Source: Phoronis australis (Eukaryota > Animalia > Phoronida). From it: DNA of 64,000 nucleotides. The notes under the pieces were generated by a model. That model was given only the letters and a program-made list of their open reading frames with translations. It was not told the DNA's origin and ran no database searches. Below, in pieces: positions 24,401 to 37,793 of this stretch. Numbering within the stretch: the first letter of the stretch is position 1; every line of letters begins with the position of its first letter. The position numbers and the translations under genes were made by a program. The stretch covers positions 1,105,235 through 1,169,234 of the forward strand of contig NMRA01000052.1 in assembly GCA_002633005.1 (NCBI GenBank), given 5' to 3'.

Positions 24401-26127
24401 AAAATACTCTTACTGCTTTCAACAATGCACAATTCAATCCCACCTATCCAGTCGAGACCTATCTATGGGGGTGCATTTCACTCACTTGAAATTGCCCTTC
24501 TAAGACGAAGCACAGACATGAACTGTTCCGAACTCACTGGTTTAAAATTTTACCGTTCAAAAATTATTTGAACAGATGCGAATATGAGAAAACCGGACAA
24601 GCACAAAAAACTCCGGTCTGAAAACAGAATGCAGATCATCATACAACTCGTTCCATTCCACATCACTCACTTTTTGGCCTTGTACACATAGGCGCATCTC
24701 TTGCCAAGATAGAACTCCACCTCGTCACGCTTGGTCACTCCATCAATCCTGAGTAGCGCTGTGTTCTCGTGCTGGTTGCGAAGGCCTCTCTTGTAGCCGG
24801 TGAATACAGCCTTGCTGTAGAGTCTGAGGAGGAAGTTACAATACATTACACAAAGTGTGTCAATAAAGCCCAAACGTCTGTAAGAAAACTGGATCCTGTA
24901 CCATTTTAACGTTTGTCCTCGCCTTGCTTTTGACACGAATTTGACGTTACTTTTGGGTCTGGAAAGAACTGCGGGGCTTGGAATGACCAATGACAAAATA
25001 AGAGGAAAATTTTCCAGGTGACGTATTATTCCACAAATAAATAGGTGTGACAGAACTATTTTTTGTGTTGTAAAATTGAACTGAAGTAAACATTTTTGGA
25101 TGGATAAAGTCAAAGTAATGATAAAAAAAGAGACGAAAAATGAGGAAACTGGAAATCAAGAGAAAATCCTCTTAAAAGAAAAAAATTCCAAGCCCTGGAA
25201 ATGACACTTTGGTATTGCTCGTGGTCATGCAAAACACAAATCAAGTGGGTCGAATTCTATAGATGCAAGAACCTTGCTGAGGAAGCTAGTGTGATCAAGC
25301 GCTTCACTTGTAATACATGACAATGTTTCATGAAGTCTTGTGATTTGTGAAGTTCTTGCGTTTACCGAACGCACGCCTGGTCACAAGCAAAGGAGCAAGC
25401 TGAGACATGTTTTTACAAAATAACACGGCCTAAATCAAAAGTGACAGTTAGACAGGTTCTTAGCCAAATTAACATTTGGGAGGCACAGACGTAGTGGGGG
25501 ACAACGCAGTCTCCATCCTACACGCATATAAACATGGTGCTGTATCTTGTTTGAAAGGACTGAGTTCTGTCCACTTTACATACAAGACAAATGATGGAAA
25601 GATACCTAGATGCTCAACAAATGTAACACGTGTTTCTGTGAATTACCGGAATAATCAGGACCCAAAATGCCATTTCGCAACATGTTTGGGTTTTTGCTTA
25701 GGCAGAAACCTGCCCCCAAGTCCCCAACAAATAGGACTGCGTGAAAAACAAGGCCGGAAGCAACAAAATAACCGTCAAGTCATATAGTGTCAATCATATG
25801 ACACTCATAATACCATATGCATTTAATTCATTAGTTGTTTTTGGTCTTGAGAAACAATAAACATGGGGTGCAGGCAGCAAGAAAGTGAAACAGAGCTGAG
25901 GCACAATTTGGGAAAAAAGGCAATTCCCAGCATTTTTTTCACTTTCAACTGGAATTTTGAGTTTGTTCAATTTATCACTTGTTGAATAAGGAAAACCAGG
26001 GTCTCTACAGCTAAAAAGCGTCAATAAACTCCAACAACTTTTCAGTCAACTCAAATTCGTTTCATCAATGGCACCCTCACCTCCCAGACTTTTTAGCAGG
26101 GTTTCCCTGAACTGCAGACTCGGCCAT
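21419..26127 (-). CDS. RPL35A: 60S ribosomal protein L35a (eL33), 4 coding exons, 123 aa
   Basis: Exons 26081-26127 ([15 protein letters not shown]), 24671-24823 ([25 protein letters not shown]...[13 protein letters not shown]), 23789-23936 (...[21 protein letters not shown]...), 21419-21442 (MLYPSRI*). Phases are consistent; AATAAA on the minus strand at ~21377. Confidence 0.96.
22002..23232 (+). mobile_element. Non-autonomous interspersed repeat, possibly Helentron/HINE-like, in the last RPL35A intron
   Basis: Starts aaacaagag; GAT/GAC-rich simple segments; repeated 'gccatctt' motifs; terminal 13-bp hairpin tacttggcgaaat-tt-atttcgccaagta (23201-23228). Class assignment is tentative. Confidence 0.4.
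23491..23732. mobile_element. hAT-like MITE, copy 1 (CAGGGCTT...AAGCCCTG type ends)
   Basis: Homologous to 24972-25197 (shared 'aatgaccaatgacaaaa...ttccaggtga...ttccacaaataaa'); ends ccaagccctg. Confidence 0.55.
24972..25197. mobile_element. hAT-like MITE, copy 2
   Basis: Termini cggggcttggaat ... attccaagccctg; homologous to 23491-23732. Confidence 0.55.
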
Positions 26128-26185
26128 CCTCTACAATGAGAACAACACAAGCTTAAGTGTTTAGGATACAATGATAATTTGCTAC

Positions 26186-26307
26186 GGCACTAGTCAGATA
26201 TAATGGACCCTGATTTAAAGAACCAGTTTCATTCACTAAATAACGGGGCCGTTATTTAGTGATTGCCTGGTTCTTTAAGTTAGGGTCCATTATATCTGAC
26301 TTGTGCC
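26186..26307. mobile_element. 122-bp palindromic MITE with 9-bp TSD (Mutator/MULE-like) in RPL35A intron 1
   Basis: GGCACTAGTCAGATATAATGGACCC...GGGTCCATTATATCTGACTTGTGCC flanked by ATTTGCTAC at 26177-26185 and 26308-26316. The same terminus occurs at ~17198-17222. Confidence 0.8.
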
Positions 26308-26852
26308 ATTTGCTACTCTATTCAGATACTATACATCACAGAAGTCATTTTCAACACTTTAGGCAGAAAATATTGACAGAAGTGGCCATGTAATTCTCTA
26401 ATTTTAGAGTGAAATAAATGAAAAACAACAGATCACCAAGTGCACTGATGCACCACTTTGGGTTATTCTCAATTCAAAGAGGTGAAGTGAAAGTGATTTT
26501 GAATTTTTTAACAAAACACCGTGTTCTCCCATTCCAAATAAAAACTCATCAAGACTTGCAGTATACATTATACAGATTGTTTTACTTGCATATTTTCTGC
26601 AGCGAGTGCGTACTTGCATGTCAAATTTCTGAATGTATTGGTGTTTTGTGCATGGTCAGCAACAATTCACGGATGTTATGGAAATGGAAGACAGGCACGT
26701 GACCCGCGGCCATATTCGTCTCGAAACTTTAACTTTCTTAATCCCTTGGTAATTTGTAACCAATTGAATAGATAAGCAGAACTAAAAATTATAGAAACAA
26801 CACTTGTGCAATGTTGGGAGCCTTTAGATTTCAATCAAGGTCAACTAATTAC

Positions 26853-26871
26853 CGGAGGTTAATAGGAAAAG
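26853..26871 (-). promoter_or_regulatory. RPL35A: Non-coding first exon of RPL35A with 5'TOP/TCT-like start
   Basis: The minus strand reads CTTTTCCTATTAACCTCCG|GTAATT: a pyrimidine tract starting with C, then a donor site, typical of ribosomal protein genes. Confidence 0.7.
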
Positions 26872-28860
26872 GCTGCCGATTTTTGTAAAAGAATGTTGGT
26901 CTCAATGACAATGTTCCGTTTGCACTCTTAAAGCTGATGAATAGGATGAAATTTTTTTAAGAATTTGTTTATTTACTCAAGAAAATGCATCGGTGTAACC
27001 CACCAGCGTAGTGGAAAGCAATTGTCGAGCAGCCAGGGTCAGGGATGAAATCAAACGGAAATGTTTTGTAAAAATACATTGTATCTCGTGACATCGTAAT
27101 AGCAACTAGGCGATTTTGAGGCTTGAATTAAAAAATGGAGTCACTACCGACACACTGATAATCCTTGCTGTTCTCGACAAAATAACTGGCTTCACCTAAA
27201 ATCCCGTGCAAGTTTGGTAAATTCATGTGACAAGTACGTTCATTTCAGAAGAGGTATTTTTATCCATCAATATCGAACAATTTAACGAGACATCGAAAGA
27301 TTTTAAATTTATTGAAACCAGGTAAATGCAATGAGTATTATAGCAACGGGATATTGAAGGAAAATAACAAAAGAACAAAACACACAACAATAAAACGTTT
27401 CAGTTATTCTACTGATATCTACCACTTTAAAGAAAGATGGCGATAGAAAGGAAGTGGCAACAGGAGTGCTGGGAAACATTGGCAAATTGAATATTTTCAG
27501 CTTTATTAGTTTTTACCAACTAACAATACATAAAAATGTATTTTAATTTATAAAAGTGAGGAAAAGAAAACATGATATTTGACTATAAAACAGCAAAGCA
27601 ATAATGCTCTTTTGTACTATGAAATCAGAAATACAGCTTAATGGAGCATGCGCATTAATGATAGTTACCGAATAAACAAATATCGAGAAATTCTCTAGTG
27701 GGACGTCTCCGAAATGTACTGTGAATAAGTATTTGATTTCATTTTTATAAGGTATGGATTTTCTGTTTCTGTTTTTGTTTTTCTTGATTAATGGTATTCT
27801 GTGTATTCTGTGTGGAAGAGAGAGGTTTTTGTTGTAATTTCCGAGTCTAATCCGCATCATCATGCGAATGAGAATGGAGCTGAAATTTGTATCAGATTAG
27901 CCATTAGGGCAGGCAATACGATACATCGCCCTGAATGCCGCAGGCATTCAAGGCCGATAGTACATTCCCATAAAAAGTTATTCATTTCAAAATTCTGCAA
28001 CTAAAATCGAATGAAATATGCATATAGGCACATGGAGTTATAGTTAACACATACCATGACTCTGGATACAATTTAGTCAGCACAACTTGAACATATCTGT
28101 CACGGGAGTTTCTCTTATCTGGTGCCACTTTGAGAAATTTTCGTGAAATCATGTTGACGAATAAGAAGTCTAAGGGACACAAATCTTACAAATTTCATGA
28201 GATATCTTCCCATGGTACTTTGCAAGTCTCACGCGCCAGCGTCATGCGCTTCACTCAGTCTCGCGCTATTGCCTAACTTACGTGACTCAGTTGAAATACT
28301 TTGTGGTTATTGAGCGTTCAGTGAAAAAGTTTACGGTGACCAAAAGTAGAGTTGGAATTCTTCGCCAAAGTCACCCTAATAATTCTCATAGCTATGCTTC
28401 ATCGAGTATATGTGTAGAAGTAGAAAGGACCACTGAAGAAAGTAAGCGCTTTTTTAAGTGATACCTGTAAGTGTAGAATGTATTTTTGATGAGGTGAAAA
28501 CTGTTAATTGGTGAGTGGATTTTGCTACCTGCCTGTTTAAAATACACGGGACGAAATTAATACAGAAAGCGATGGGAAGTATTGTAAACCCTAACTGGCC
28601 ATCCGAGGGGCTACGTGTTGCCTAGTATGAGATCAGACCAGGATGAGTTCATGCATAAGTCAATGGCAATGAGTGTTAAGCTGAGTATGGGACATTAAAA
28701 TTTGAAAATAACAGTTTTGGTGAGAGCTGGGTTATGGTTTTGTTATATACTAGTTTCTGTTTACCTGCTTTCTTCTGTTCTCTTGACTTCTTATATTCTT
28801 GCTGTCACCCATTTTCTTCTCTCTCTTAGTTGCTTTTTATGCCTTATCAGAGCTGCCCAA

Positions 28861-31800
28861 ATGGCAGTGAGTCCGGCCAGCGAGAACATTCTGCCACCAA
28901 TCAACTCTGAATACTCCAAGAGTGTCTTGTCTGTGGGTGGGCAGAACTCAGACAGCTCTGTTGGCTCCATTGCTGGTTCTGGGCTGGCATCCGCCATAGA
29001 CAGCTTAGAGACAATTAGGCACCAAATAAGGAGCAGACAGAATTTGCACAACGGAAGCAAGAAGGGCTCCGGTTCAGAGCCGTCCAATTCACTTCTTGGT
29101 AGTATTGGGTCGAAAAGTAGTGACGAAGCCAATGATTTACTGTTGGAGACAATTCCACACGGACCTCGTTTGAGTACAATATCAGCTAAGAAGGTTCATA
29201 TTGACCGTCTACCCATTATAATCACAGACAAGTTCGATGAAGGTAGTGTCAGCCAAGAGGTACCACAAGTTATTTCTCAAGAGCCTCCACCCGATGAAGA
29301 CCCGGCAGCCGAAGTTGCCTTGCCTGAAATCTCAAGCCCAGTGTTGTATTCTTCAGACAGCAAATTCCGCCTATTCGGTGAAATTCCGTCAAGGGTTGTT
29401 TCACCCAATGCTCAGCTCTGTCGATGGGTAAAACTTTTTCTGTTTCTATTACTTCATTTTCTGTTGATTTTCTGTTTTCTGGCTTGTATGAACATATTGG
29501 CTATTCATGAATATGTAAATCTTTCTTATGCATCAGAGGGCTATCACACTACCCTGAAGGCCTTACATGTAAAATCTTCGTATTGTTGTTAGGAAGTCTG
29601 CGTGAGGCCAAACAAAGCAAAATTGTCTCTGGTCTTTACCCCGACTCATTGTGTGACCTACACTCACCTACTGAAAAAACACTCAGCCGTATCAATTTCA
29701 GCTTAGCCAAGTTTTGTATTCAGTGTTTTGGGAAGCTGCACAGAGGCACATGAGCAAGGTTTGATTTGAAAAGCAATTGATTAAAAATGATCGTCCCACA
29801 CCATTTTTGCTTCTCTCAGGTGTATTTTTTTAAAAGAGCAATGAAAAAATGCAGCACCACCAACTCAATTTTCCAAAAAATAAACCAGAACCAACTATGC
29901 CTTTTTTGGCCTAATGTAACAAAACTATAGTTATGTATGCATTAATACTACATAGTGGAGGATCATGGGATTGTGAAATCAGGAGTAATCATGACACAGA
30001 ACTGACTCTGTTCTGAAGAATTTCTTCTGGTAGTTGTGGTAGCCGCAAGGAATTGTGGGATTTCGATTGTGATGTGTGATTTGATTCTCCCTGAACCATG
30101 GCATAGGCTAAATAGTCTTGTAGCTCAAGTTTAAATAATATTACATTGTTTTCTTTTGGGTTACTCTGAGACATGTTTGTAAGTTCTTGACAAATTTGTA
30201 CCCCTTTTCAATGCATATTCCCCTTGAACTCTGAAAACTTGAAGCTTTTTTGTCTATAGCTTGACAGTACTTACTCAAATTTAAATGTAAAGCATTTAAG
30301 ATTGTCATTCTGTCCCTGTAAGTTTCAGTCTCTAGTGTCTGACTTTGTCATCAACTTGAAAGTTAAAGCTCAGAACAACCACAGTCCAAAGCTTACATAC
30401 TACTTTGATAATACTGTCTTGCTTATTAACCCCCTGCCCGTAAATGAACATCTGTTTTCCTGATGAATACTAGCTGATAAGTACTAAGAGAAAACTATAA
30501 ACACTTTTTGATCATTAAGAAAACCCTTTTGTCTAAATTTAAAGTTCACTCGCCCTTGTTTATTTGCAGATGCTGAAGGGAGTGGACGCCGTCCATGTGG
30601 CCACAGTGCTGCAGGACTGCTGCGACCAACTGGCTGTCCTTGGCAGTATTATGCCCACAACTTATGAAACAAAAGGAGACGCTGCACAGGTAAATATTCC
30701 TACGCATTTTTACATGGAAATATCTTCTGCTGATTTGCTACGACAAAAAATTTGCTGCAACGAAAATTGCTGCCAAGCTTCCCTTTTGTCATTGTTCAAG
30801 GGCTTTCATCATTTTTCAAAATACATATTGCATGAAAGTTAGCTACAGTACGTACCTTTAAATGGTAAAGCAATAAATTACCACTTCTTAACTTTTGTAG
30901 AAAATTATGAAATAACATTTTATTTGCCTGTCATTTTTTTCTTCTCGTTGATTTTTAGGTTAATGTTTGTAATGTTGTTTTTGTGAAATGGATTTCAATT
31001 TTTTCAAGATTACACAGTCAGTGTGTAAAGAACAAACCAGCTTAAAAATTTGTTTCGGAATTTGCATGACCTACATTTATGCTGGCCAAAATTTTGTGAG
31101 CATTGCGTTGAAGAAAACAGATTCAGTATTTGCCAATGAAAATTAATTACCAAATGTGCCATTTTTTCATTGTCCTACTGCCCTTGCTTCAAGTGGGCAA
31201 AATTTTCGTAGTTAGATGAAAGCTGCAGAGCAACGTCCATGCACAAAATGAAGCTGATTTTGCTTGCTGCTTTTTGGTAAGAAATTGACAAGGTTTGATT
31301 TTATTTGTTCACCCCACCATGTGGTATTTTGATGAAGGTACGCAAGTCTCACAGAGCAGCAAACGGTGTAAACCTATAAATAGAAAACAGCAATTCAAAT
31401 GATGCTCATTCCATACGAAGTTCATCCTTTTCCGTGTGACATTATCATGTACATTATTATATATAGTAACATCAGCTTTTACAACATATTTGGCGGGTTA
31501 ACTATATTTTGGAATGAATTGAAACACTATAGGCTATCTCGTCAAACTCTGTGGCACTGATATCTTGCCTATCATCTCTATCACATCTCCCGGTCACTGT
31601 ATTCATAATGCATCTTAATCATTGTGTTTTCACACTTGGAACTAAGAACTAGTTCTATTTATTTATTTATTTATTTATTATTGTGATATTTAAAATGAGG
31701 GTGGCCTCTTCAGTGATAGCACTGCTTTCCAAGAGGGTTCTCTATGCCACTACAATGGCCGTCTCGCAGTACATGATCTACATTTAGCCTACAATAACCA

Positions 31801-34800
31801 AAGCTTACGTAGTATCATAACTCTTGGGTTTAACAATAACATGCAGACTTTCGGTTTGGTGACTAAGCCAAACATCACTCTGAGTTTTAGTGCTGTGAAA
31901 GCCGGATGTCGTGAAAATATTCAAATAAAGATTTATACGATTGGTGAAAAAGCATGTTTATTGGAAACGGGTTTCCTCCAAGTCTAAAGATGTTGCACGG
32001 AGCTTTAGTATGTCTAAAAAAATTTTAAATTTGTTGACTGATAGTTTAAATACAGTTAAGTTAGTGGTGAATGGTAACAGTGGAGGAAAGAAATTCAACT
32101 TTCAATGCCTGCATGGTTTTAGGCTATTGAAAAACAGTTTCAGTTCCTTAAAATGCCATAAGAAAAGACCAAGGTCCGATTTGCAGCCAAAAACGTTTCT
32201 TAAGCTCTACATATACATACATTATACCGTCGTACGGAAGATGACGAATATTGTGTCCATTGAGTGTGGTTAAAATGGACTGGCATTTGAATTTAGCAAA
32301 CCAGTTAACATGTACAACATTCATTATATCTTCATTTAAGCTTTCCCCTATTTGGCCATTCTCATTACATTTGGCATGATATACAAAGTGTAACTGCACA
32401 GTATATGAACCCTTCCTCTTCAGATCGTCAGCCAAGACATAGCCCAACTTGTCGAGGGCCAACTTAACATGGAAAAGAAATACGAACAACTCATGACCAC
32501 CAAAGGTGGCAAGTCTTTAGGCACCAAGTCGATGGCAAGTGACCTTAGGAATTCAACGTACTTGTTCTCAAGAAGTCTGAAGCAAAGTCCGCTGACACCA
32601 GATAACCTCACCAAAGTTCAGGAGGACAGGTCAGTCTATTAAACACTAGTAGAGAGTGCTGCTTTCTTTCTAGTGAATTAATTTAACATTTTGAGTGAAG
32701 TTTTTTTAGGAACATACAACTTTTGAACAGACTGATGACTGTAGGCACTTGTACATTCAACATGAAGGGAAGCGGAAGAAAGCTTTGATACAGTATGGAC
32801 TTGATGCGTATCTCATCAAGCATGATCGATTTGTTCAAGTGAGATTGCGTGTGTTTTCAGAGGCTTCTTGGAGCAGATCATTGTGGCCTGCCTGGGTGAG
32901 ATGAAGGACAGTGGGGGATATCAATCATTGGTCGATGCAGTAAGGTCTGAAAAGGAGAAGAAGGCCAAATTGCAACAGACCATTCTCAGGTAAACAGATA
33001 TGTTTCATTCATTGTCAGTTCTTTGTGTAAGAATTTGAGGCATTTTTTTCTGTGATGCGAAAAAATTGACTGTATATATAAACCCGTCGTTGTCATTTCA
33101 TTTAATCTGTAAGCCTGGTGAACATGTTGAGAGCTTCACATTTAATGGAAAATTCACTGACAAGTTCTTGGAATAATTATCATGGAATTTTCAGTACTCG
33201 CAGTATGGTCCTAGTTGAAATTAGGTTTGACTATTAAAGCTGGCTGTTGGTCATTTGTTCACAAAAGAGTCGCTGAATTATTTTCACTTGTTAATGCAAT
33301 TAATTTCAGTGTAAGCTTTGACCTCATGGTAGATTCTTTGTTCATGACTCTTAGACTAACACTGTCACGGAATGTGAGAGCAGTAGATCGTGCTAGATTA
33401 ATTTCTCGAAATGTAGTTTAAGCCATTTACCTGAGTGTCTTTATCTCAGACTTATTTTGCTTTACCACATCTGTAGAGAACAAGAAGGACAGAAGAGAAT
33501 CAAGTCACTGCAGAGTCAACTGAAAGATGTGAAGAAAGACAAGGAGTCTGAGATTCAACAGCGAAATGAAATGATTGCCCATTTGAAGGTACTAAACTCT
33601 TGCAGTATATTATGACTCGTGTGATTGCTTTTCTCGTGATTTTCCTGTATAACTAAAAAGTTTGGGGTACAGCTGTTCTTAAAGGATGTTTTCTCATGTG
33701 ACAATTTAAAGCGACTCTAAACCTGCATTCTGTCTGTTAGACTGTACTAAGTATAATAAAATAAGTCTGACGTTGTTCCTTACGCACATTAGTATAATTC
33801 TTCACACTTATTATACACTTTTCTAAAGGAATCATTTTTATCCCCAAGAGATCCAAGAAAGTGGTATATCACAAAAGCCTTAAGTTCCCTCATGTGCACA
33901 AGGCTAATCTCTTGTTAGAATTGGCGAGGCTTGATTGAGCATAATCATATTTGGTTGTAAATAGTATTAAAATTCTCTGGCCTAATTTATAAATGGTTAA
34001 ACCTAAAATTTCAATAACTTCCACAATGTTTTTCAGCAACAAAAATTAGCGCATTTGGGTCTTCAATTTTTTAAAACCCGTGAACTGTTAACTAAAATCA
34101 TGACTTTAAATGGTGTCTGAAAGACTTTGGCTTGCTGACTGATAATTTGCACTTTATTAGTTTATTGATCTCCGCACATATTGGACTGATCCAATAGTGA
34201 GTACAAAGACAGTTGTGGTAGTGGGTTGTATCTGTACAAAGTCTGGTCATGAGGTGCGAAGTAATTTATGGGTTTGCAAGGAACTGACAATTTGATATTC
34301 CTTAAGGCCAAAATAACCGAACAACGTGCTTTGACAGTTTGTTATTCCTTAAGGCCAAGACAACAAAATTACACGATGTGACAAATCAACTTATGTACGT
34401 TGCCTGGTCTCAAGTAATAACTTACTGCTTGACTAAGGGACAATACAATAGGAGACCAATTTCATAGTGGAAAGTAGTCTATATCAAGTGATTTTTTGTG
34501 ATGGAAAGTTGGTTTATATCTATTTTAAAGTCATAGTGTTTTCGTGTAATTTTTTTCTTTTATGAAAAACAGTTTGTACCATGAACAGACATCTAATGAT
34601 TTTTTCCTATCAGTCACAATTTCCTCATTTCTCATCTGCAGGACCAGCTACAGGAAGTGAAGGCTAAGACTAGCATGGAGGGGAAGTATGTAAAGAAAGT
34701 TGCAGAGGTTGATGTGGCAATGACTCAGAAGAAATGTTTCCAGACGGAGAAAGAGATGAAGGATGGCATTGATGTGAGTCAGGCACACAAAATGTTTTCA

Positions 34801-37793
34801 ACTGAGCAGACTTCCTTTTAATTGTACTCATTTTTTTCTTTCCTCTTGGAGTGTGGTTGAATTTGTAGGAAATGATGTTGGAGGTTGAGATTTAAACAGA
34901 TGCTGTTTGTCTTGGCCTAAGCAAAGAAATGTTGAGATTTTGGGGAGGGCTTAAGTTCCATTACTTTCATATTGCTGAAGTTCTATTATTTAGCCATCTA
35001 CTCAGTCGGACATTTTGCTTTGTACAAATCGTTTCTTGCTTTTAGTTTGCTAGTTAAAAAGACCTTTCTAGCTGTGTTACATCATTCCAGTGAAATGAAG
35101 TGCAGCTATAACACCGTTGAACTGAATTTTGTCTTTTGTGGGGAAGAGTGACTTCACTTCCAACATTAATCTTGTCCTCTAATTAGCCATCAACTGGATG
35201 ACAGTTAGTTTGCTATCATTCCTGTAGCGTATGCACCATAGGCAGTCCTAATTCTTTCTAGGTGCGCTTAGCTGAGACCATGATGATAGATGTGTAGTTT
35301 CTATCTCGATCTGGTGACTCTATTGAGAGTATCAAAAATGATCTAATTTTTCCACAGGGTTTACGTCAGCAAATTGATGAAGAGACGAGAGTAAACGCAG
35401 AAATAGAGTCGTACCTGAGGACACATCAGACGGTAAGTCACCGTCTATATTTTTATAAAAGACATCTAGTTTGACTAAGTTAGTGGAATGAACTTAAAAT
35501 AAAGTTTGCTGTTTATATTATGTACTATTTTTGTAAATTTGGAAAAATTTAATATGCAAGCAGGGCCTTAAGCTTCATTTTTCATACTCATTATGGGTAC
35601 AGCTATTCAACACCAAGTGGAGGTAATAAAATTATTTTCTTATTAGCTATGACAATGAAGCCTTTGTTAAGCTATGTTCACTTAAATAGCGGTGAACTAA
35701 AAAGACAGTGATTTTGGTGACCCCCTGCAAGTGACTGTAGGTGGATTTACAAATTTCGGCAAATTTGAAAGACATTTTGTGGCCATATTTTCTACAGTAC
35801 AGCCCATCACCCCCAAAGTCTTCTGCAAATCCAGACACGTTTCTACTGCCTATTGAACCTGTCTGTTATATGTGGAGATCCCTAAGCTTATGAAGTGGAA
35901 ACATAGGGTTATTTTCTCAAAATTTTAGGTTTAAAGCTTTAAGGCCTGCACTGTTTAGGACCAGATGAAGTCGCGCTTAATCAAGCCTCTTGAACTTAAC
36001 AATAGATTTATTTAGCCTTTGGCACATGAAACATCGGAGCTTATAAGGCTTTTGATGGTATGGTGTAACACTTTCCTGAATCTCTGGGGTGGAAATACAC
36101 CGATTCTCACAGAACTATGTGCAAAAGGACTGTACTGGACAATTTTACTATTACAGTCCTCTAGACTCAAATGTGGAATTTTGGATGGCAAGGTGCAACA
36201 AGAAACTATATTTTTACTATAAAATGTCGACAAGTTTTATTTGGCTGAGACCTGAAGTTTCATTTTTCATACAGGAACTTGAGTCCAAGGTGGAATATTG
36301 GATGGAAAAATATGATAAAGACGTGGAAGCCAAACAGCATGAACTGGATGTACTCAAGGCATCAAAGGCAAAGGACCTGGAAAGACTACAGGAGCTCACC
36401 AAACTGGTAGGCCATTTGTACTATACTTCATGGGATGGCCATTTTATGCACAATGGATTATGAGGAATTGCCATTCATACGATGAAACACATTTCATTTC
36501 TAGTCACCAGCCAATTGGGGTTACTCTATTAATCTCTATTCTGAGTTGCTCATTCATCTGTTGTCGTTTAGCCGTAAAATGTTTTTAGTCAAATGTGTGG
36601 TCTTCGTCCACAATTTATTATATAAACTCATGAGTTAGATTCAAACTTCTGGCATGATTTAATCAAAAGTCACGTCCCTCCCCCCTGAAAATTCTCCCAG
36701 ATTCCATTTGGCAGTTTGGGGGTGTGAATGGTTGACAGGCAAAATCCTGGCTAATACTCTGCCCTTCCCTCCCAACTCAAAATCCTAGATCTGCCAATAA
36801 AAAGTTTGCTTCTTTGACGGAATGTAGGTTTATAGTTGCTTCAAATAATAAGTTCACATTCGGATGTCATTCCAAATTTTTTCCTCATTGGTCTTTGTCC
36901 TTCCTTGTCTGCCTCTGCATTGGTCACAATTGTGTTATTTCAGTATGCCGAGTATGAACAAATCGTGGTGGAGGATCGTATAGAGAAAGAGAAGATTCGG
37001 CGGCGAGCTGAACAGGAAGCCATTGAGCTCAACGCTTGCATCACTGTGAGTATTGGGAACTTGTATGAAAACACCATTATTTCAAAATTTCTATTGGTAG
37101 CACCATCTTGTAATACCTATTTTATTCTGATCCTTAGCTTTTTACCCTCCGCTGCATACTCTCTAGGGGCTTATTCCGCTATTGTTCACTCCTGCTTGGT
37201 TTTTAATCAAAATTATTATGGCATCCCTCCGTCTAAGGCCAGTGAAATTTTATTAGTGTGTAATGTCAAAGCTGCTATGCTGACTCAACAAGCTGGACAA
37301 TTCTCCATGGTGCTCAATATTCCACTCAGATGTATTTTAGTATGCGTCTGACATTTCCAAGACTAGGCCTGTTGTTACAATGCATTTTTCAAATGGCATG
37401 GTGCCTTTTGAGGTTATGAAATATGTTAGGTCTAAAACCTTTCTTCAGTCACAAAAAACTGACAGTATAATGCTAATTTAATGGTGTTCAAGAACGATTT
37501 AAACATAGTGGTCCCACATTTTGAGATCCAGTTTGATGCCCGTTATCCAGTGGAGAAATCTTGTTCCCAAAATGCAAGAGTGCTGTATGTTTCTTCTAAA
37601 CTCTCAAAACCTCAGTGAACAGCACGGTCGGTTGGGCTTGCCTTCTCAAAGAATCATGTGTTCTTTTTACGATTTACAGCTGCAGTCCTGGTGGCGTGGT
37701 GTTATGGTTAGGAAAGGACTTGGGCCATACAGCAAGAAGAAGAAGAAGAAAGGTAAAAAGGGGAAGAAATCGGGGAAGAAGAAGAAGAAGTGA
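28861..37793 (+). CDS. IQCG: IQ domain-containing protein G / dynein regulatory complex subunit 9, 10 coding exons, ~562 aa
   Basis: Exons 28861-29427, 30570-30689, 32424-32629, 32861-32989, 33477-33588, 34642-34773, 35358-35432, 36275-36406, 36944-37045, 37680-37793 (phases consistent). Coiled coil with YWMEKYDKD...[22 protein letters not shown], the IQ-like [11 protein letters not shown] and a Lys-rich tail, matching my recollection of vertebrate IQCG. Confidence 0.88.

Noticed and set aside
24500-24645. Box C-like ATGATGA on the minus strand in an RPL35A intron
   Set aside because: No downstream CTGA box D or terminal stem at a suitable distance.
28584-28600. AACCCTAAC, resembling a telomerase RNA template
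   Set aside because: A 9-mer expected by chance; no pseudoknot or H/ACA context seen.
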